A stretch of 63,548 nt of DNA, filler included, from Ministeria vibrans ATCC 50519 (taxonomy: Eukaryota; Protista; Filasterea), in assembly GCA_943704425.1 (NCBI GenBank). It is 9 parts of 9 records of this genome, joined end to end, with 100 filler letters (N's around TTAATTAATTAA, not from the genome) between each part and the next. Parts side by side here need not be neighbours in the genome. Positions count along the whole stretch, not along the records: positions 1 to 16,415 come from CALSCP010000392.1; 8 more parts are not named here. One strand, written 5' to 3'. Below, piece by piece: positions 1-13,160 of this stretch. The notes beneath the pieces are model-generated. The model saw only the letters and a list, made by a program, of their open reading frames with translations, was not told the DNA's origin and searched no databases. The position numbers and the translations under genes are program-made. Position 1 is the first letter of the stretch. Every line of letters starts with the position of its first letter.

Positions 1-2
1 CG

Positions 3-33
<31 letters not shown>

Positions 34-761
34 TCGTGTCGGGTCGACTTCCAAACGCCCGTTTGGGCCTTTCCCGGGCATTTCCAACGGCAGTTTGCAG
101 ATACATCCAGTGGTGGGGATGTTTGCAGGTCGGTGGAGAGACGCAGCGTGCGGCGGACGCGTTTAAACAAAAGAGAGGGGTCGAGGAGAGAGAGAGAGAG
201 AGAGAACTTACGGAAAGGAGAGTGTCGCGCGACGCAAACGTCATCGTGCCCGGCGCACTCTTGCCGGCTGCCGCGTACCGGATTGTCAGCGCCGCCATGC
301 CCGGCGGGTGGGTTGAAGGTGAGGAGAGCATGATATTAAATAAAAGTGAAATAGTGAATTTAGAATTATGAAAATAATGACAAATGAATGATAATCATTA
401 ATCGACGACTCAATGGAATAATGCAATTGCATTTGATCAACAACCAACATGGGTGTGATGTGTCTGCAATACAGAGACGTCAGACAACACTGATCAGTGA
501 TCAGTGATCAGTGATATATCACTCACATCACTCACTATTCACTGCATCAGTGATCAGTAATTACTCGTGTCGAAAAAGTCGCTCTGCTTTTGACATTCAC
601 TAACATTATTCCTGTCCATCAGCACTCGTAAATAGGTGTTAAGGTATGTTTCATCTCAGCAAGGGTCAAGGAAGACTTGATCATTAAGTATGTATACGTT
701 ATTATTATTATTATTATTCATACTGGGGGATGTCATATGTTCGTCATATGCAATGCTTAGG

Positions 762-1890
762 TCAATCAGACTTTGCCTTGCGGGCCTCGTCTTGGGTGTA
801 GTGGGCAATGGCGGAAGATCGCACAACGCGCTCGGCATAGTAGATGGCATTCCACGAGTGCAGCACCAGAATAATGATGGACGGAGGCCATGTGACACTC
901 GAGCCATACACAATCTGAGGGGTCAAAAAAAAGAGCCACAGTTGAACAATGAAAGAGAAACAGTTAATGAACGACGACACGCTGGGCGAATAGGCCTGTC
1001 ACATTATCCAGGGTATATTCTTACTTTGATGATGACTCCCGTGTACAGCACACACAGAATGCCCGGTAGTCGCACACACATGTTGAGCCAGACGTTCCAT
1101 CGCTTCTCTGTAATTTTCGACACAAAGCCCCACTTGACTCCCGCCAGTAGTGCATAGTCAATGCCTACAAATAGATGGTGGGGTGTTTTCACGTGGTGTC
1201 TCCGATGGCCGATCCAAGGATTGGTTGGGTACCGCCAGGGAGACCACAGATGAAGAAGTCAAGGGCGTTGACCAGCGCGCCGTACGGAAAGAGATAGGCC
1301 AGGAGACCCACAACCACAACACTTACAAAGTGGTGAAGCACATCCTGAAAGTTGAGGGTGAACACCAGCGCATGGTACAGATGGAGCGCAAGCACGACGG
1401 CGTGTGCGTCTGTGGAGGGCGCCACCGTAAACACCAAGTGGGGTGTTCCTACGCATTGGCAGACGGGTGAGACACGGCGCTGTTTCTCCAACCGCCCACA
1501 ACGTACTGATCGTAAAAAGTAAGTCAGGAATACACATGGCAGTGATGACAGCATTCGCAACGGCGTGCATCGTAAACCAGTCACGGTTGGGATCTATCAA
1601 AACCAAACACAAAAGAAACATTCGCATTATGCCCGCTTGTGCTCGTATCACAGCCGCTCGCTCCTCCCATTCGTGTCCACTCACAACACCACACCAGTAC
1701 GCAACGCAATCGCGTCCTCTAAAACGCTACCTTTGCTGCGCCCGAAAACGACACTCAAAAGAACGTGAAATACCGCCAGCGCAGCCAGAGTGTACGCCAT
1801 GGTGTACGGCTGCATGCTGTTGTCCCACCATGGGTTCAGAGAAACATAGTCGGCCGCAGTCCTGGCGAATTCGATCGCGGAGTCCATCAT
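762..1890 (-). CDS. Multi-exon TLC (TRAM/LAG1/CLN8)-like membrane protein
   Basis: Minus-strand ORF fragments (1681-1890, ~1500-1585, 1189-1470, 1004-1160, 762-915) join into a hydrophobic protein with WFxxHAVAN, LHLYH, DVLHH, FFICGLPGG-IDY and RLPG; exon limits approximate. Confidence 0.65.
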
Positions 1891-3158
1891 ATAGGCAGTT
1901 GAAAATGATTGAAATTATATTAAGTTTTCATGTAATTTTCATGTAAGTGTTAACCCGATCGGCGATCACTCAGTCACTGTGGAAGTAGCCGTCCTTGCTT
2001 ATCGACGCTTCGATTGCTTTAAAAATGCTTTTCAAGACAAATTCAGCTTCTTGGCTCTTGCCCTCTTCTGACTTCTGCCTCTAGGAAAGACTGCGAGACC
2101 GACGCAGATCGTAAAATATAATCATAATAAAGGGCAATTCTCGACACACGACTGGCAAGTCAACGCGACTGAAAGAAAAGTGGTTGGATTCAACAGACAC
2201 TTTGCCAGCTGCAGCAGCCCCCGTGGATGCATGCGACGTAGAATTCTGTGAAGAAGTCAAAAAATGAATTTGTAAAAATTTTAAATCGTAATCACGACGT
2301 TTGATCTGTTGAGGGTCGATAGGCAAAGGGATTTTCGCTCATAGTGATCTCCATGGGGTAGTTGATCATCAGGTATCGTATCACAGAGGTTGTTGGTCGC
2401 GGAAAAGGGACAATTTCGGCATTTTAAAACACACATATGGAGCACAAAAGACGACTCGGCGGTCACTCGGTTATTCAAAGAGGAAGTCCACAAACAGCGC
2501 CTTTTACTCTTTTTGTCAACCGCTTTGAATTATTTCTCCGAGATTATGAATTTCTTGACCACGAAAGTGGCTTTTTTTTTGTGCTTTGGCCGGCGAGTAG
2601 CGAGTAGGGCATTATTCAGTAGTAGGGTTTTTCATTTTTTTCGCCAAATTTTTATTATTATTATTATCTCTTTTGGGCTGTGCGTCTGATCCACTCTCGC
2701 CACAGCCAGCGACAACCCAATGAGTCCCAATCAGTTTTTTGTTGTTAAGTACACAGAGACGGGCAGTCTCACAGACACAAATATGTTATAGGGATATTAT
2801 TTTTAGTAGCATTATGATTGTGCATCAAATCGCACTTTAGCGTGACAGCACATCCGCGCTGAGTATTTTGCTATTGTTTTAGAATGCGTGTTTGCCGTGT
2901 CACTCCTGAGTGACTCCTCACCGACTCCTGTCACCTGCGACCTTTCTGAGTTTCTTAGAGCAATAGTCAGACTCATTTCAAAACATTTCAAAAATCAAAA
3001 ATATAATTAACTTTTTTTAATTATTTCGCTTCAAGCAGATAAAGCCAAAGACCAAAATTCAAGCAACATTTCAAGCGGTACCAACAACGGTTTATCATAA
3101 TAATAATAATAATAATAATAATAATAGAATTTATTTTATTGAAAAAAACCCCCCTCTC

Positions 3159-6100
3159 TCAAATGGAATCCAAATCGACGGACAAACCGACCGACTTCGC
3201 AAACGCATTCATCTCGCTGAGCGTGCCCCCGTGGCCATCGAGGAAGTTGCGCAGCTTGATCTCTTCGTCAGTGCCGGGCCAGTGCGCTGCGCGTCCGTAC
3301 TTGCGGTAGAAGGCGTCGCACAGTGCGTTCATCTGCATCCCCCGCGTCATCTCCTCCTCCTTCGGCAGCTTCTTGCGCGCCTCCTCGTCCTGCACCGCCA
3401 GCAGCTGCGCCACCATGTCCTTGCTCTCGCTCTCGTCGCTCGACGTCTTCACCGCCACCGTGCGCCCAATGCCCGTCAGCAGCGAGCCCGCCTGGTTGAG
3501 GAACACATGGAAGCGTCCGCGGCGGTCCTGGCGCGCCGTTCGCCCGACCCACTGCGTCCACTCGCGCTCCGAGTCGGGCACCGTCGTCATGATCACCAGC
3601 ATGCCGCCCGCTGCATTCACATTCTCGTCCGTCACCTTGTAGTCGTGACCGCGTCCGCCAAAGTACGACGTGAAGGTGATGCGCCAGCCACCTTTGCTCG
3701 TGTCCTGCGTTGCCTTGGTCACCACGTTGTCCCACTCGCTCGACGTCGACTTGCCCTTGTCGTCGTGTTCCACAAACAGCTGGCAGGCGTCATTGTCGCT
3801 CGCCTTTGCATTCGCCGCCTCAAACAGCTCGCGCGCCTCCTCCTCTGTCGCCGCAATGACAAGGACGGGCGTCTTGCGCGACGACTTGACCGCCATGGCA
3901 ACGACGTCGCGCTTCAGCTGCTTTGCCGTGGGCGACAGCGTCAGCCCCGTGCACACCGTTTCGGGCTTGCTCGTCCCGTTGCACGTGTCCAGGAAGGTGG
4001 GCACGCGCATAATCTTGGCGGCGTACGTGTTGATAAGGAAGCGCCGTTCGCTCTCGCCGCCCAGCGAGCCCGACAACCCAAAGAGCGCCTCGTACTTCTT
4101 GAAAACGTAGGGCGTGCTAATCACCGAGAAGACGGTCTGGAACTCGGGGTTGCCGCCCGACATGTCGTTGGCGAAGTTCAGGTACTCGAGCTCAAGCGAC
4201 GTCAGCGACGACTGACGCCCCCGCTTGTCGAGCAAACGGTAGCGACTGCCAAACAGATCGTAGTCAATACCCCGACGCATGCGCAGCGACGACTGACGTG
4301 CATTCACACACGCATTCCACACTGGCATGTTGGCGTCTGGCGGCGCACTGCCGCCGCGCTTGAGCACCTCAAAGTACTCGCGCGCAAACGGCGACTTTTG
4401 CACGTCCGGCTTGACGTAGAAGCTCGTCGGCTTATTGTCAATCACAAGGTCATCGACCTCGTCCACCACCAGCACCGTATTGTCAAACAACGATTTGCCC
4501 TTGCTCTCCTGATCCTTGCGCGCCAGCGAGTCAATCTCCGAGTGCAGACAGTAGATGATGTCTGCATGGGCGTCGTTGAGGTTCTCGCTCGTGCGAATGA
4601 ACGTCCCGTCCTCCTTCTTGAACTGCCCATAGTAGTCGCGGTACAGGTTGTAGTCGCGCGAGCGCAGCGCCACATTGTTCTCAAGGACGTGCACCCGTCG
4701 CTTGCACACAGTCACAAGGTACACGGCGACCATGCAAATGAGCACCGACTTGCCCTCGCCCGTTCCCACCTGCGCAATCAGCATTTTTGCCGGCTCTTCC
4801 ACCTGACCTCGACCCGCCCGCTCCACTTGCACCATTGGCAGCCGGTGGCGCATACTCGCGTCCGTCATGCACTGGAAAAAGTGCGCAAACACAAGGAAGG
4901 CAATCGACTGTGTGTGGTGCAGACTCATGGGAATCGACGTGCTCTTCTGCATGCGCTCCATCCAGCGCGCCGACAATAGCAGCAGTGTCTTGCGCGTTGC
5001 GTCCGTCTCCGCCTCCGCCTTGCTCTCGACGTCCAAAATCAGCTGACTCTTCTCACCGCTGAGCTGTGTCTCGGGTTGCAGGTCGGCCGTGTTAATGATG
5101 GGCTCGTCGGGCGGCAACAGTCGCTCCGCCGCCTCGGGTAGCACGTCGGCAAACCAGCGCGCCGTCTCGGTCGTCGCCACTCCCGACGGTCCGACGTCCG
5201 CCACACGATTTACCTGGTAGAACTCCTTGTAGGCAAGCGCTAGGTTTTCGCGGTCCATGTAGCGAATGAACAGCGCCACCTTGTCGACCGACTTGAACAT
5301 GGCCAGCCAGGCGTCCGGTTCCTTGCTCAGGTAGTGGCGGAAGCAGCCCTGCAGCAGCTTGAGCGCCTGACGCTCGCCGAGCATGTGCTCCGCGTCAATC
5401 GCATACACAACGCACTGTTTCACGTCGGCAATGCGCAGCACGTAGCGACTGCCCTTGCGGAACGACGAGCGTTTTTTCTTGTTCATCGCGCGCACAATGA
5501 CACGCAAATGTGCCTGTTTCACTTGCGGCTGTCCCCGTCGCACTTCGCTCACCAGATCGCTTACCTGCGGCACAATCAGGTCGGTGCCCAGCAGATCGAT
5601 AAAGGTACATACTGCGTCCACGTACAGCTGGGTGCCAACGTCCTGGGCAGGCGGCGCTTCATCTCGCACAAACAGCGACATGACCTCTTGCCTGAAGAAG
5701 GAGGGTGTTGTCATGGTCATGCCGGTGCGCAGTGCATTCTCAGCGTCCTTGACGAGCGTGCGCGACGTCGCCAGTGTGCTCGTCATGCGGTTGCGCAGAC
5801 TGCTTGTGCTCGGCATGCCGGTCGAGAGGCGTGTACGAAAGATTTTCTCGCAGCGACTCGTCAGCTTGTACATGGGACGTACATCGTCAATGGCGAGCAG
5901 CAGACGCCACAGGCCGTCAATGAGCAGGTCAAGGGTCTCGCCGTCGCGTGTACGCGTTGCTCCAAACTCATCGTCGCCGTCGTCGTCGTTTCGCAAATTG
6001 CTCTCGTTCATCATGCTGCTTGAGTCGCTCTGTGATTCGGTGTCTTCGTTGTCTGAGTCAAGATCGCCTGTCGATGAGCTGGTGTCAAGACCGCTGCGGC

Positions 6101-8480
6101 TGCGACGCACGTCGGCCGGTCGCACCTCAATGGTGTTGCTAATGTTAAAGTCGCACAACTTGAAGAGATGGTCGTTGGCGACGTCACACAAACTCTCGCA
6201 GACCGTCTCGCGCAGCGAGTCGTCTTGGCGCAGTATCGCTCCCACTGTGTTGCACATTTCCTGAAAGTGCTCGGGTGGCGACGGTGGATACGAGAACTTG
6301 AGGAGGTTCTCGACGAGCACTCCGAGGTGGTACTTGCTGTGCAAGGGCAGCGCGGAGGGGTCGTCGTCGGTGGGGTCCGACTCGAGGAAGGCGGCCGTGA
6401 AGATGTCCATGGGCGCGGTGGGCACGGCGTAGCGGTAGCGTTCTTCCTGTCGCAGCACATTGACGACATGCGAGAGATCGTCGATGCGGGCGGCGCGCAT
6501 GAAGGAGTGGATGAGTGCGACAAAGATGGAACGCTCCAGGTACATGTTCTTGGCGAGCACTGCGTCAAAGGCAACGGGGAAAAAGGCGGGCTGCAGCTCC
6601 TCGAGGGCAAGCGAGAAGACAGACATGGGGCGGACGGTGCCTTTTCCATCGGCGAGCGGCACACGCTGCTCGACAAGGCACTCGGTGCTCAACGAGTCGA
6701 TGAGATCGAAGAAGCGCAGCGTGCGCGGGTCCATACGCAGCACAGGCTCCGCGCCGCTTGCCTCAGTCGAGCTGTCACTGTCCACGACGGGCGTTTCACT
6801 GAGGAGCAGCTGACGCGCAAAAAAGAGCTGGCAGACGGGCATATTAAAGATGATGTCAAAGTCGCCGTTACACGCAATCTTGCGACTTGTCGCATTGCCA
6901 CTCGCCTTGAGCACTGAGTCGGCCCAGTCGAAGAGGTCGCGGTTCTCGAAGTGGACGCGCGGCGGGAAGCGTGCCATCTCGGCACCGCCCTTGACCTTGC
7001 GCCACTCCAGCTCAATGGTCAGACGCGTGAGGGTATCGCGGCACGATGGGGGAAAGCGCAAGCTGTCGAGGAGGAAGCGTGCCCAGTTGCGGTCCTGTTG
7101 CAGCGTCGCATAGCAACGACGCTGCAGGACACACACAAAGGCAGTTGTCGGCGAGTCCCTGAATTCCGTGCTCTGCAGCGTCTCGTTGATGAGACTGCCC
7201 AGCTCGCGAGGCGGGAAGACAAACTCAAAGTAGAAGATGATGGCGCAGAGGACCACGTCTTGCGCACACGCACACAAAAGTTCGAGGAAGTCGCGGGCAA
7301 AGGCCCTCGCGTGTTGGGGACCGCGTGTGGCACGATCGAGCATTTGCATTCCCGAAATGCGCTCAAAGTTCTGGTACATGCGCTGGACAAAGGAGCCTGC
7401 CTGGAGAGGCACAAGCCAGGCGCGCCAGATGAGCTTGTACATCCAGGCGCTGGGCGTGGGTATCAGTGGCTCCGATGTCTCAACATTTCCCGACGACAGG
7501 CGTTTGTTGCCCTTGGACGAACGCAGTGTGCCAGTGGCGCGTTTGGACTCCTCTTTCGGGAAGACGTGACTGATGAGTGCCTGGCTGAACTCGGGCCAGC
7601 TAGACTTGAGAAAAGGGTGTACAAAAGGTGCGCCCGTCTGTACCTTGGCCGCGTCGATGGCTTCCTTCCAGCGGATTGCGTGCGCGGTGCGATCGGCCGC
7701 ACTAGCAAAGACCGCCGTGTCCGCTTGAAGCGCAATCGAATGGCCCATCTGGTTCTTGACGTGCAGCACCGTGTTGTCCAGCTCGAGTGTCGCCGTGGCA
7801 CCGTCCAGTGGGAAGACGTGGGGCACGAGGTCGTGTATGTGGTGGAAGGAGTAGATGTGGTTGGGCACGAGGAACATCAGACGAGAGTGGTAGCCAGTCA
7901 GCTTGGAGCGCAGCGTGCGCATTTTCCCGTGACCTGGATTCTCCTCCGTCTTCTTCATCATCGTTGGACACACGTGGGCGGAGATGGCGCCCGCCGCCTT
8001 GAGGAGCACGCCCGTCGACGCAAGGCCCAAACGAAAGGGAACACCCCCCTTGTCGATGTCTTCGTCGCTCATGGTCTGCCCTGCAAAGCGTCCGTTGTGA
8101 CCGTACGGTGCCAGGACCGCCGTGCACTTGGTGTCATTTTGGGCGGCAGCAAAGTCGTCGACCGAGCTCCACGGCTCCTTGACGTCCATCTTCATGTTTT
8201 TGGCAAACTCCAATGCCGACGGTTGTTGTTGTCGACGAAACTGCGCGCCCGTCGGAGAGTCGTAATCATCGTTGCGCGGCGGCGTAGGCGAATGGTCACG
8301 AGTGTTGGGCGATCGCGATGCACCCCGTCCCGCCATGAATTCGTCCATGGATGGTGCGGAAGGTTGTGCTGCGTCGTGATTGGCTCCACCCGGCAACGAC
8401 GGATACAAGCCGCCATCGCCACTGCCACGCCCGCCACCGCCACCGCCATAACCACCACCACCGCCGCCTTTGTTTTCCAT
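3159..8480 (-). CDS. 1773-aa intronless protein with C-terminal SecA-like SF2 ATPase/helicase and long N-terminal extension (possible PH-like domain)
   Basis: SecA-type motifs in order: QVGTGEGKS (Walker A), VHVLENNVALRSRD, VVDEVD, FKKYEALFGLSGSLG, FGGRGHDY, GGMLVI, QWVGRTARQDRRG. Confidence 0.8.
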   Translation of the reverse strand: MENKGGGGGGYGGGGGGRGSGDGGLYPSLPGGANHDAAQPSAPSMDEFMAGRGASRSPNTRDHSPTPPRNDDYDSPTGAQFRRQQQPSALEFAKNMKMDVKEPWSSVDDFAAAQNDTKCTAVLAPYGHNGRFAGQTMSDEDIDKGGVPFRLGLASTGVLLKAAGAISAHVCPTMMKKTEENPGHGKMRTLRSKLTGYHSRLMFLVPNHIYSFHHIHDLVPHVFPLDGATATLELDNTVLHVKNQMGHSIALQADTAVFASAADRTAHAIRWKEAIDAAKVQTGAPFVHPFLKSSWPEFSQALISHVFPKEESKRATGTLRSSKGNKRLSSGNVETSEPLIPTPSAWMYKLIWRAWLVPLQAGSFVQRMYQNFERISGMQMLDRATRGPQHARAFARDFLELLCACAQDVVLCAIIFYFEFVFPPRELGSLINETLQSTEFRDSPTTAFVCVLQRRCYATLQQDRNWARFLLDSLRFPPSCRDTLTRLTIELEWRKVKGGAEMARFPPRVHFENRDLFDWADSVLKASGNATSRKIACNGDFDIIFNMPVCQLFFARQLLLSETPVVDSDSSTEASGAEPVLRMDPRTLRFFDLIDSLSTECLVEQRVPLADGKGTVRPMSVFSLALEELQPAFFPVAFDAVLAKNMYLERSIFVALIHSFMRAARIDDLSHVVNVLRQEERYRYAVPTAPMDIFTAAFLESDPTDDDPSALPLHSKYHLGVLVENLLKFSYPPSPPEHFQEMCNTVGAILRQDDSLRETVCESLCDVANDHLFKLCDFNISNTIEVRPADVRRSRSGLDTSSSTGDLDSDNEDTESQSDSSSMMNESNLRNDDDGDDEFGATRTRDGETLDLLIDGLWRLLLAIDDVRPMYKLTSRCEKIFRTRLSTGMPSTSSLRNRMTSTLATSRTLVKDAENALRTGMTMTTPSFFRQEVMSLFVRDEAPPAQDVGTQLYVDAVCTFIDLLGTDLIVPQVSDLVSEVRRGQPQVKQAHLRVIVRAMNKKKRSSFRKGSRYVLRIADVKQCVVYAIDAEHMLGERQALKLLQGCFRHYLSKEPDAWLAMFKSVDKVALFIRYMDRENLALAYKEFYQVNRVADVGPSGVATTETARWFADVLPEAAERLLPPDEPIINTADLQPETQLSGEKSQLILDVESKAEAETDATRKTLLLLSARWMERMQKSTSIPMSLHHTQSIAFLVFAHFFQCMTDASMRHRLPMVQVERAGRGQVEEPAKMLIAQVGTGEGKSVLICMVAVYLVTVCKRRVHVLENNVALRSRDYNLYRDYYGQFKKEDGTFIRTSENLNDAHADIIYCLHSEIDSLARKDQESKGKSLFDNTVLVVDEVDDLVIDNKPTSFYVKPDVQKSPFAREYFEVLKRGGSAPPDANMPVWNACVNARQSSLRMRRGIDYDLFGSRYRLLDKRGRQSSLTSLELEYLNFANDMSGGNPEFQTVFSVISTPYVFKKYEALFGLSGSLGGESERRFLINTYAAKIMRVPTFLDTCNGTSKPETVCTGLTLSPTAKQLKRDVVAMAVKSSRKTPVLVIAATEEEARELFEAANAKASDNDACQLFVEHDDKGKSTSSEWDNVVTKATQDTSKGGWRITFTSYFGGRGHDYKVTDENVNAAGGMLVIMTTVPDSEREWTQWVGRTARQDRRGRFHVFLNQAGSLLTGIGRTVAVKTSSDESESKDMVAQLLAVQDEEARKKLPKEEEMTRGMQMNALCDAFYRKYGRAAHWPGTDEEIKLRNFLDGHGGTLSEMNAFAKSVGLSVDLDSI

Positions 8481-9448
8481 GCCATTTGCATCATAAGGCG
8501 GCGGACCAGCAGGTCTTGAAAAAAAGAGAATACAATAAAAAAAATATTATGATTAATCCTTGAAAAAAAAAACTTTCACAATGCACAGCGGGTGTTAGCT
8601 TGGATACGCACGTTTGACATGATAATAAACTTAGAGGTGTGGCGACTGACGAGGAGAACATGCGATCAACCTTTCGTCTTTTTTTTTTTCTTTTTTTCCT
8701 TTTCTTTTTTTCCTCTTCTTTTTTTTCCTCCGTTATCCGTAAAAAAAAGAACAGCCAAGCGCCGTACGGCGTCACATTGCGCGGTCACAAGTAAGACAGA
8801 CACAGTGCGGCCTAAACTGATGCGTTTTCCGCTGTAGAACGCCGGTTTTCACGTGTCACAAGGAAAAATGAGGGGGAAAAAAAAAAGAGACGAAAAATGC
8901 ATAAACACGGCATTCCCGACTCACTCGACCAGCGGGGGTGCCTGCCTTTGCCGCTGTTAGAATTAAATTGTGACAGTGCACACCCACCCGTCGGACTGGC
9001 TGTATTTCCGGACGAGGGTGATTTGACACTGATTTGCTGCGGATTTTTGCTGAAATTTTGCTGCTTTTTTTTTTAACCCTTCCCGCACTCCCTGGCACGA
9101 TGTTTGTGCATTTGATACCATAAGGGTAGTCATAACAGCGCTTATAACGCCCATGCAGCATGCGAAGCTGCTTAATGTTATAATTACAGAGGAGGGAGGT
9201 TGATGAACCAAATGTCACTGATACTGAGATGACACGTACCCGTTTTGTGAATAAAAGGCCATGACGAACTCAGTCGACTGTCTGCTGTTGCTTGATTTTA
9301 TCTCTTGATTGTTCTATGAACTAGAGTCAAGTAAAAAGAGAGAAAAAAAAATAAAAATTCCTTTCTCTTTCGACATATGATCAGTCGAAAATTGGTGACG
9401 AATAAAAGACGTGAAGTCTTTGGACGACAATTAAAAATATTTTGTGCA

Positions 9449-11362
9449 ATGTCTCGCGGTGGCTACAGAGGCGGACAAAGTCACGGCGGCTACGGCGGCC
9501 GTCGAGGTCGTGGTGGAGGAGGCGGACACCATCGGGGCGGCGGGGGCGGCTACGGCGGCGGTGAGAGCAGTAGTCATGCGCCAAATGGGCCATCGACGGC
9601 CGACGAGCTGCGACGCCTTCTCGTGGGACTCGAGGGGGCGCAGTATGGCGCATACAAGTCACAGTTGCAGGGACGGACGTTTGGAGACGCCAACGACCCG
9701 CGCGGGGCGCTGCATTTCGGGTGGGTGCAGACGGACCCGTTTGCGCGTCCGTCGTCGCTTGCGGTGCGTCTCTCGTCGCAGGCAGCCGCCTTCCCCGACT
9801 CCCTGGTGCGCAATCGCATTCGACGCACTGCCTTGGCCGACTTTCTCTCGCGAGGATTCCACGCCGCCGTGCTTGGCCTCGACGGCGACAGCGCAGCAGC
9901 GGCCCCTCGGCATGGCCACGGTTCAGGGTACCATTCGACGCCGCTTGGGGGCAAGGTACTCTTCAACGGACCCGGCCAGCATGTGCTTGAGCGCACGTCG
10001 GTGATTGCGGCCGAGGATGGCTCCATCGAGTGTCGTTTCTCGCTGGGTCTGCCGGGACGCGGTCGCACCATTATGGGGCGGCGTGCAGCGGAAATTCTCT
10101 GTGACCAGGTGCCCATGGTGGTGGCAAGGACGTTGCTGTACGCCCGATTGGACGCCGAGAATGTCGCGTATCATGTGAAGTCGGTGGAGGACCAGGAAGA
10201 GGTGCGTGGATCACTCGCAGCCCACGGCCTCACTGCCTTTGTGCGGGACGGCGCCATCTTGCCGCGATTCTCCGGCGTGTCTGACTTGCCCATGTCGCCG
10301 CGTTCAGCGGTGCCATTTGAAAGCCCTAGCTCGCTGCGTGTCACGCTGCCTCTCGTCAACGGCGGCACGGTGACTGGCATGGGAGTGCGCACGGGCGTGA
10401 CGCTTATTGCCGGCGGTGGCTTCCACGGCAAGTCGACCCTTCTCTCTGCACTCAAGGTGGGTATGTACAACCACGTGCCAGGCGACGGCCGGGAGTTTGT
10501 CACGACTGACTCAGCGTGTGTGTCGGTGCGTGCGGAGGATGGACGCTGCGTCAACGGCCTCGACCTGTCGCAGTTCATCTCGGACCTGCCACAGGGACGC
10601 CCCACAAACGCCTTCTGCACCGACGACGCGTCGGGCTCGACCAGTCAGGCCGCAAACACACTTGAGGCCATTGAGATGCATGTGCGTCTGCTTCTCATTG
10701 ACGAAGACACGTGCGCCACCAACTTTATGGTGCGCGACGAGCAGATGGCACAGCTGGTCGCTTGCGAGCCGATCACGCCGTTCCAGTCGAAGATGCGCTC
10801 GCTCGCACGCGACCATGACATTTCGACAGTCCTGGTGGTTGGCAGCAGTGGCTCCTTCTTCCACGTTGCCGACACCGTCCTGCAGATGCTCGACTACCGC
10901 TGTCTCGATGTGACCGCGCGCGCCCGTGAGATCGCCCAAGCACAGTCCACGGCGCCTCCCAACACACCTTTTGAGCGCACTCCGACCGCCCGTACGCTCC
11001 AAGCGGACGTGTGCGCGCGTGTGCTCTCGCTTGGTGACGCGCACCGCTTGCGCACCACCCCCGACCATACCTTCCCGCTGGGCCCCGACGCCTCCGTCTC
11101 CCTCACGCACGTTGAGCAACTCGTCGAGTGCGGCCAGACCCGCTCCATCGCCCTCGCCCTTTTCTCACTGCCTCACCACCTCCAACAACAACAATCGTGC
11201 GAGTCTCTCCCATCGCTCATTGCGCGTCTCTCGCGCCAGCTCGATCAGTCTCTCGACGCACACACGTCACGCACTGCCGATGGTGACCTTGTGCGTCCCC
11301 GTCCTTTCGAACTTGCTGCTGCTCTGTCGCGCGTCCGCGGTGTCTCCTTTGTGCCACTCTGA
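9449..11362 (+). CDS. Predicted ABC-class ATPase (COG3044/MRB1590-like) with RGG-rich N-terminus
   Basis: YGAYK, VQTDPFARPS, GAILPR, GGGFHGKST (Walker A), RAEDGR, DASGSTSQAAN, LLLIDEDTCATNFM (Walker B), EPITPF; ATG at 9449. Confidence 0.85.
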   Translation: MSRGGYRGGQSHGGYGGRRGRGGGGGHHRGGGGGYGGGESSSHAPNGPSTADELRRLLVGLEGAQYGAYKSQLQGRTFGDANDPRGALHFGWVQTDPFARPSSLAVRLSSQAAAFPDSLVRNRIRRTALADFLSRGFHAAVLGLDGDSAAAAPRHGHGSGYHSTPLGGKVLFNGPGQHVLERTSVIAAEDGSIECRFSLGLPGRGRTIMGRRAAEILCDQVPMVVARTLLYARLDAENVAYHVKSVEDQEEVRGSLAAHGLTAFVRDGAILPRFSGVSDLPMSPRSAVPFESPSSLRVTLPLVNGGTVTGMGVRTGVTLIAGGGFHGKSTLLSALKVGMYNHVPGDGREFVTTDSACVSVRAEDGRCVNGLDLSQFISDLPQGRPTNAFCTDDASGSTSQAANTLEAIEMHVRLLLIDEDTCATNFMVRDEQMAQLVACEPITPFQSKMRSLARDHDISTVLVVGSSGSFFHVADTVLQMLDYRCLDVTARAREIAQAQSTAPPNTPFERTPTARTLQADVCARVLSLGDAHRLRTTPDHTFPLGPDASVSLTHVEQLVECGQTRSIALALFSLPHHLQQQQSCESLPSLIARLSRQLDQSLDAHTSRTADGDLVRPRPFELAAALSRVRGVSFVPL

Positions 11363-11450
11363 GACATGTTCTTTCTTGCATGTGTGTATGTGTGTCGTAG
11401 GTGATGTGTGAATGTGTATGATGTACAAGCAAATATGTGTGAATTGTGCT

Positions 11451-12541
<1,091 letters not shown>

Positions 12542-12677
12542 AAGTAGATCCTCTGTCAGCAACACCTCACTCCTGTCGTGTGAGTTGAACAGGAATTCGA
12601 TAAAAGTTTGATTAAATCAATCATTGAGACACTGTCACTCTTTGATTAAGAAAAGAACGCAACAAAAAAATTCATTC

Positions 12678-13120
12678 ATGCAAACTGATAGCGGACCTGG
12701 AGCGGCGGGCTTCTCGTTCGAGACGGAAGTGTTGACGTTCAGCATGATCGGGCTGGCGGCGCTGGCGCTCGTGCAGCTCCTGATCGCCGTCGTGTGCCTC
12801 CTGTCGGCCGTGTGCCAGTGCTCCTCGCGCCTGCCGCGCATCTTCCGGACCATGGCCACCATGACGCCCCTGACGCTCGCCCTCTTCTACGGCATCACGA
12901 CGCGCATCGTCCCCGAGCTCGTCGACAACCTCGTCAACGGCGTCCACCCCGAGGCGCACTACAACGCCAGCGTGCTCACTGACCCCCTGCGCGCCTTCCA
13001 CCGCTCCCTCCTCATCGTCGACATGCACGCCGATCCCCTCATGTGGACCTACCGTGACTACATGCACCGTTCCTCGACTGGCCACACCGATTATCCGTAC
13101 GTTTCATCGCAACGAGAGAA

Positions 13121-13160
<40 letters not shown>

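Noticed and set aside
491-560. (TGATCAG)n short tandem palindromic repeat
   Set aside because: Short low-complexity intergenic repeat with no supporting context
3231-8519. Long antisense/overlapping ORFs (e.g. 582 aa, 522 aa; also opposite ROCK, the NLR and the CoA ligase)
   Set aside because: Shadow ORFs expected opposite GC-rich coding sequence; no motifs
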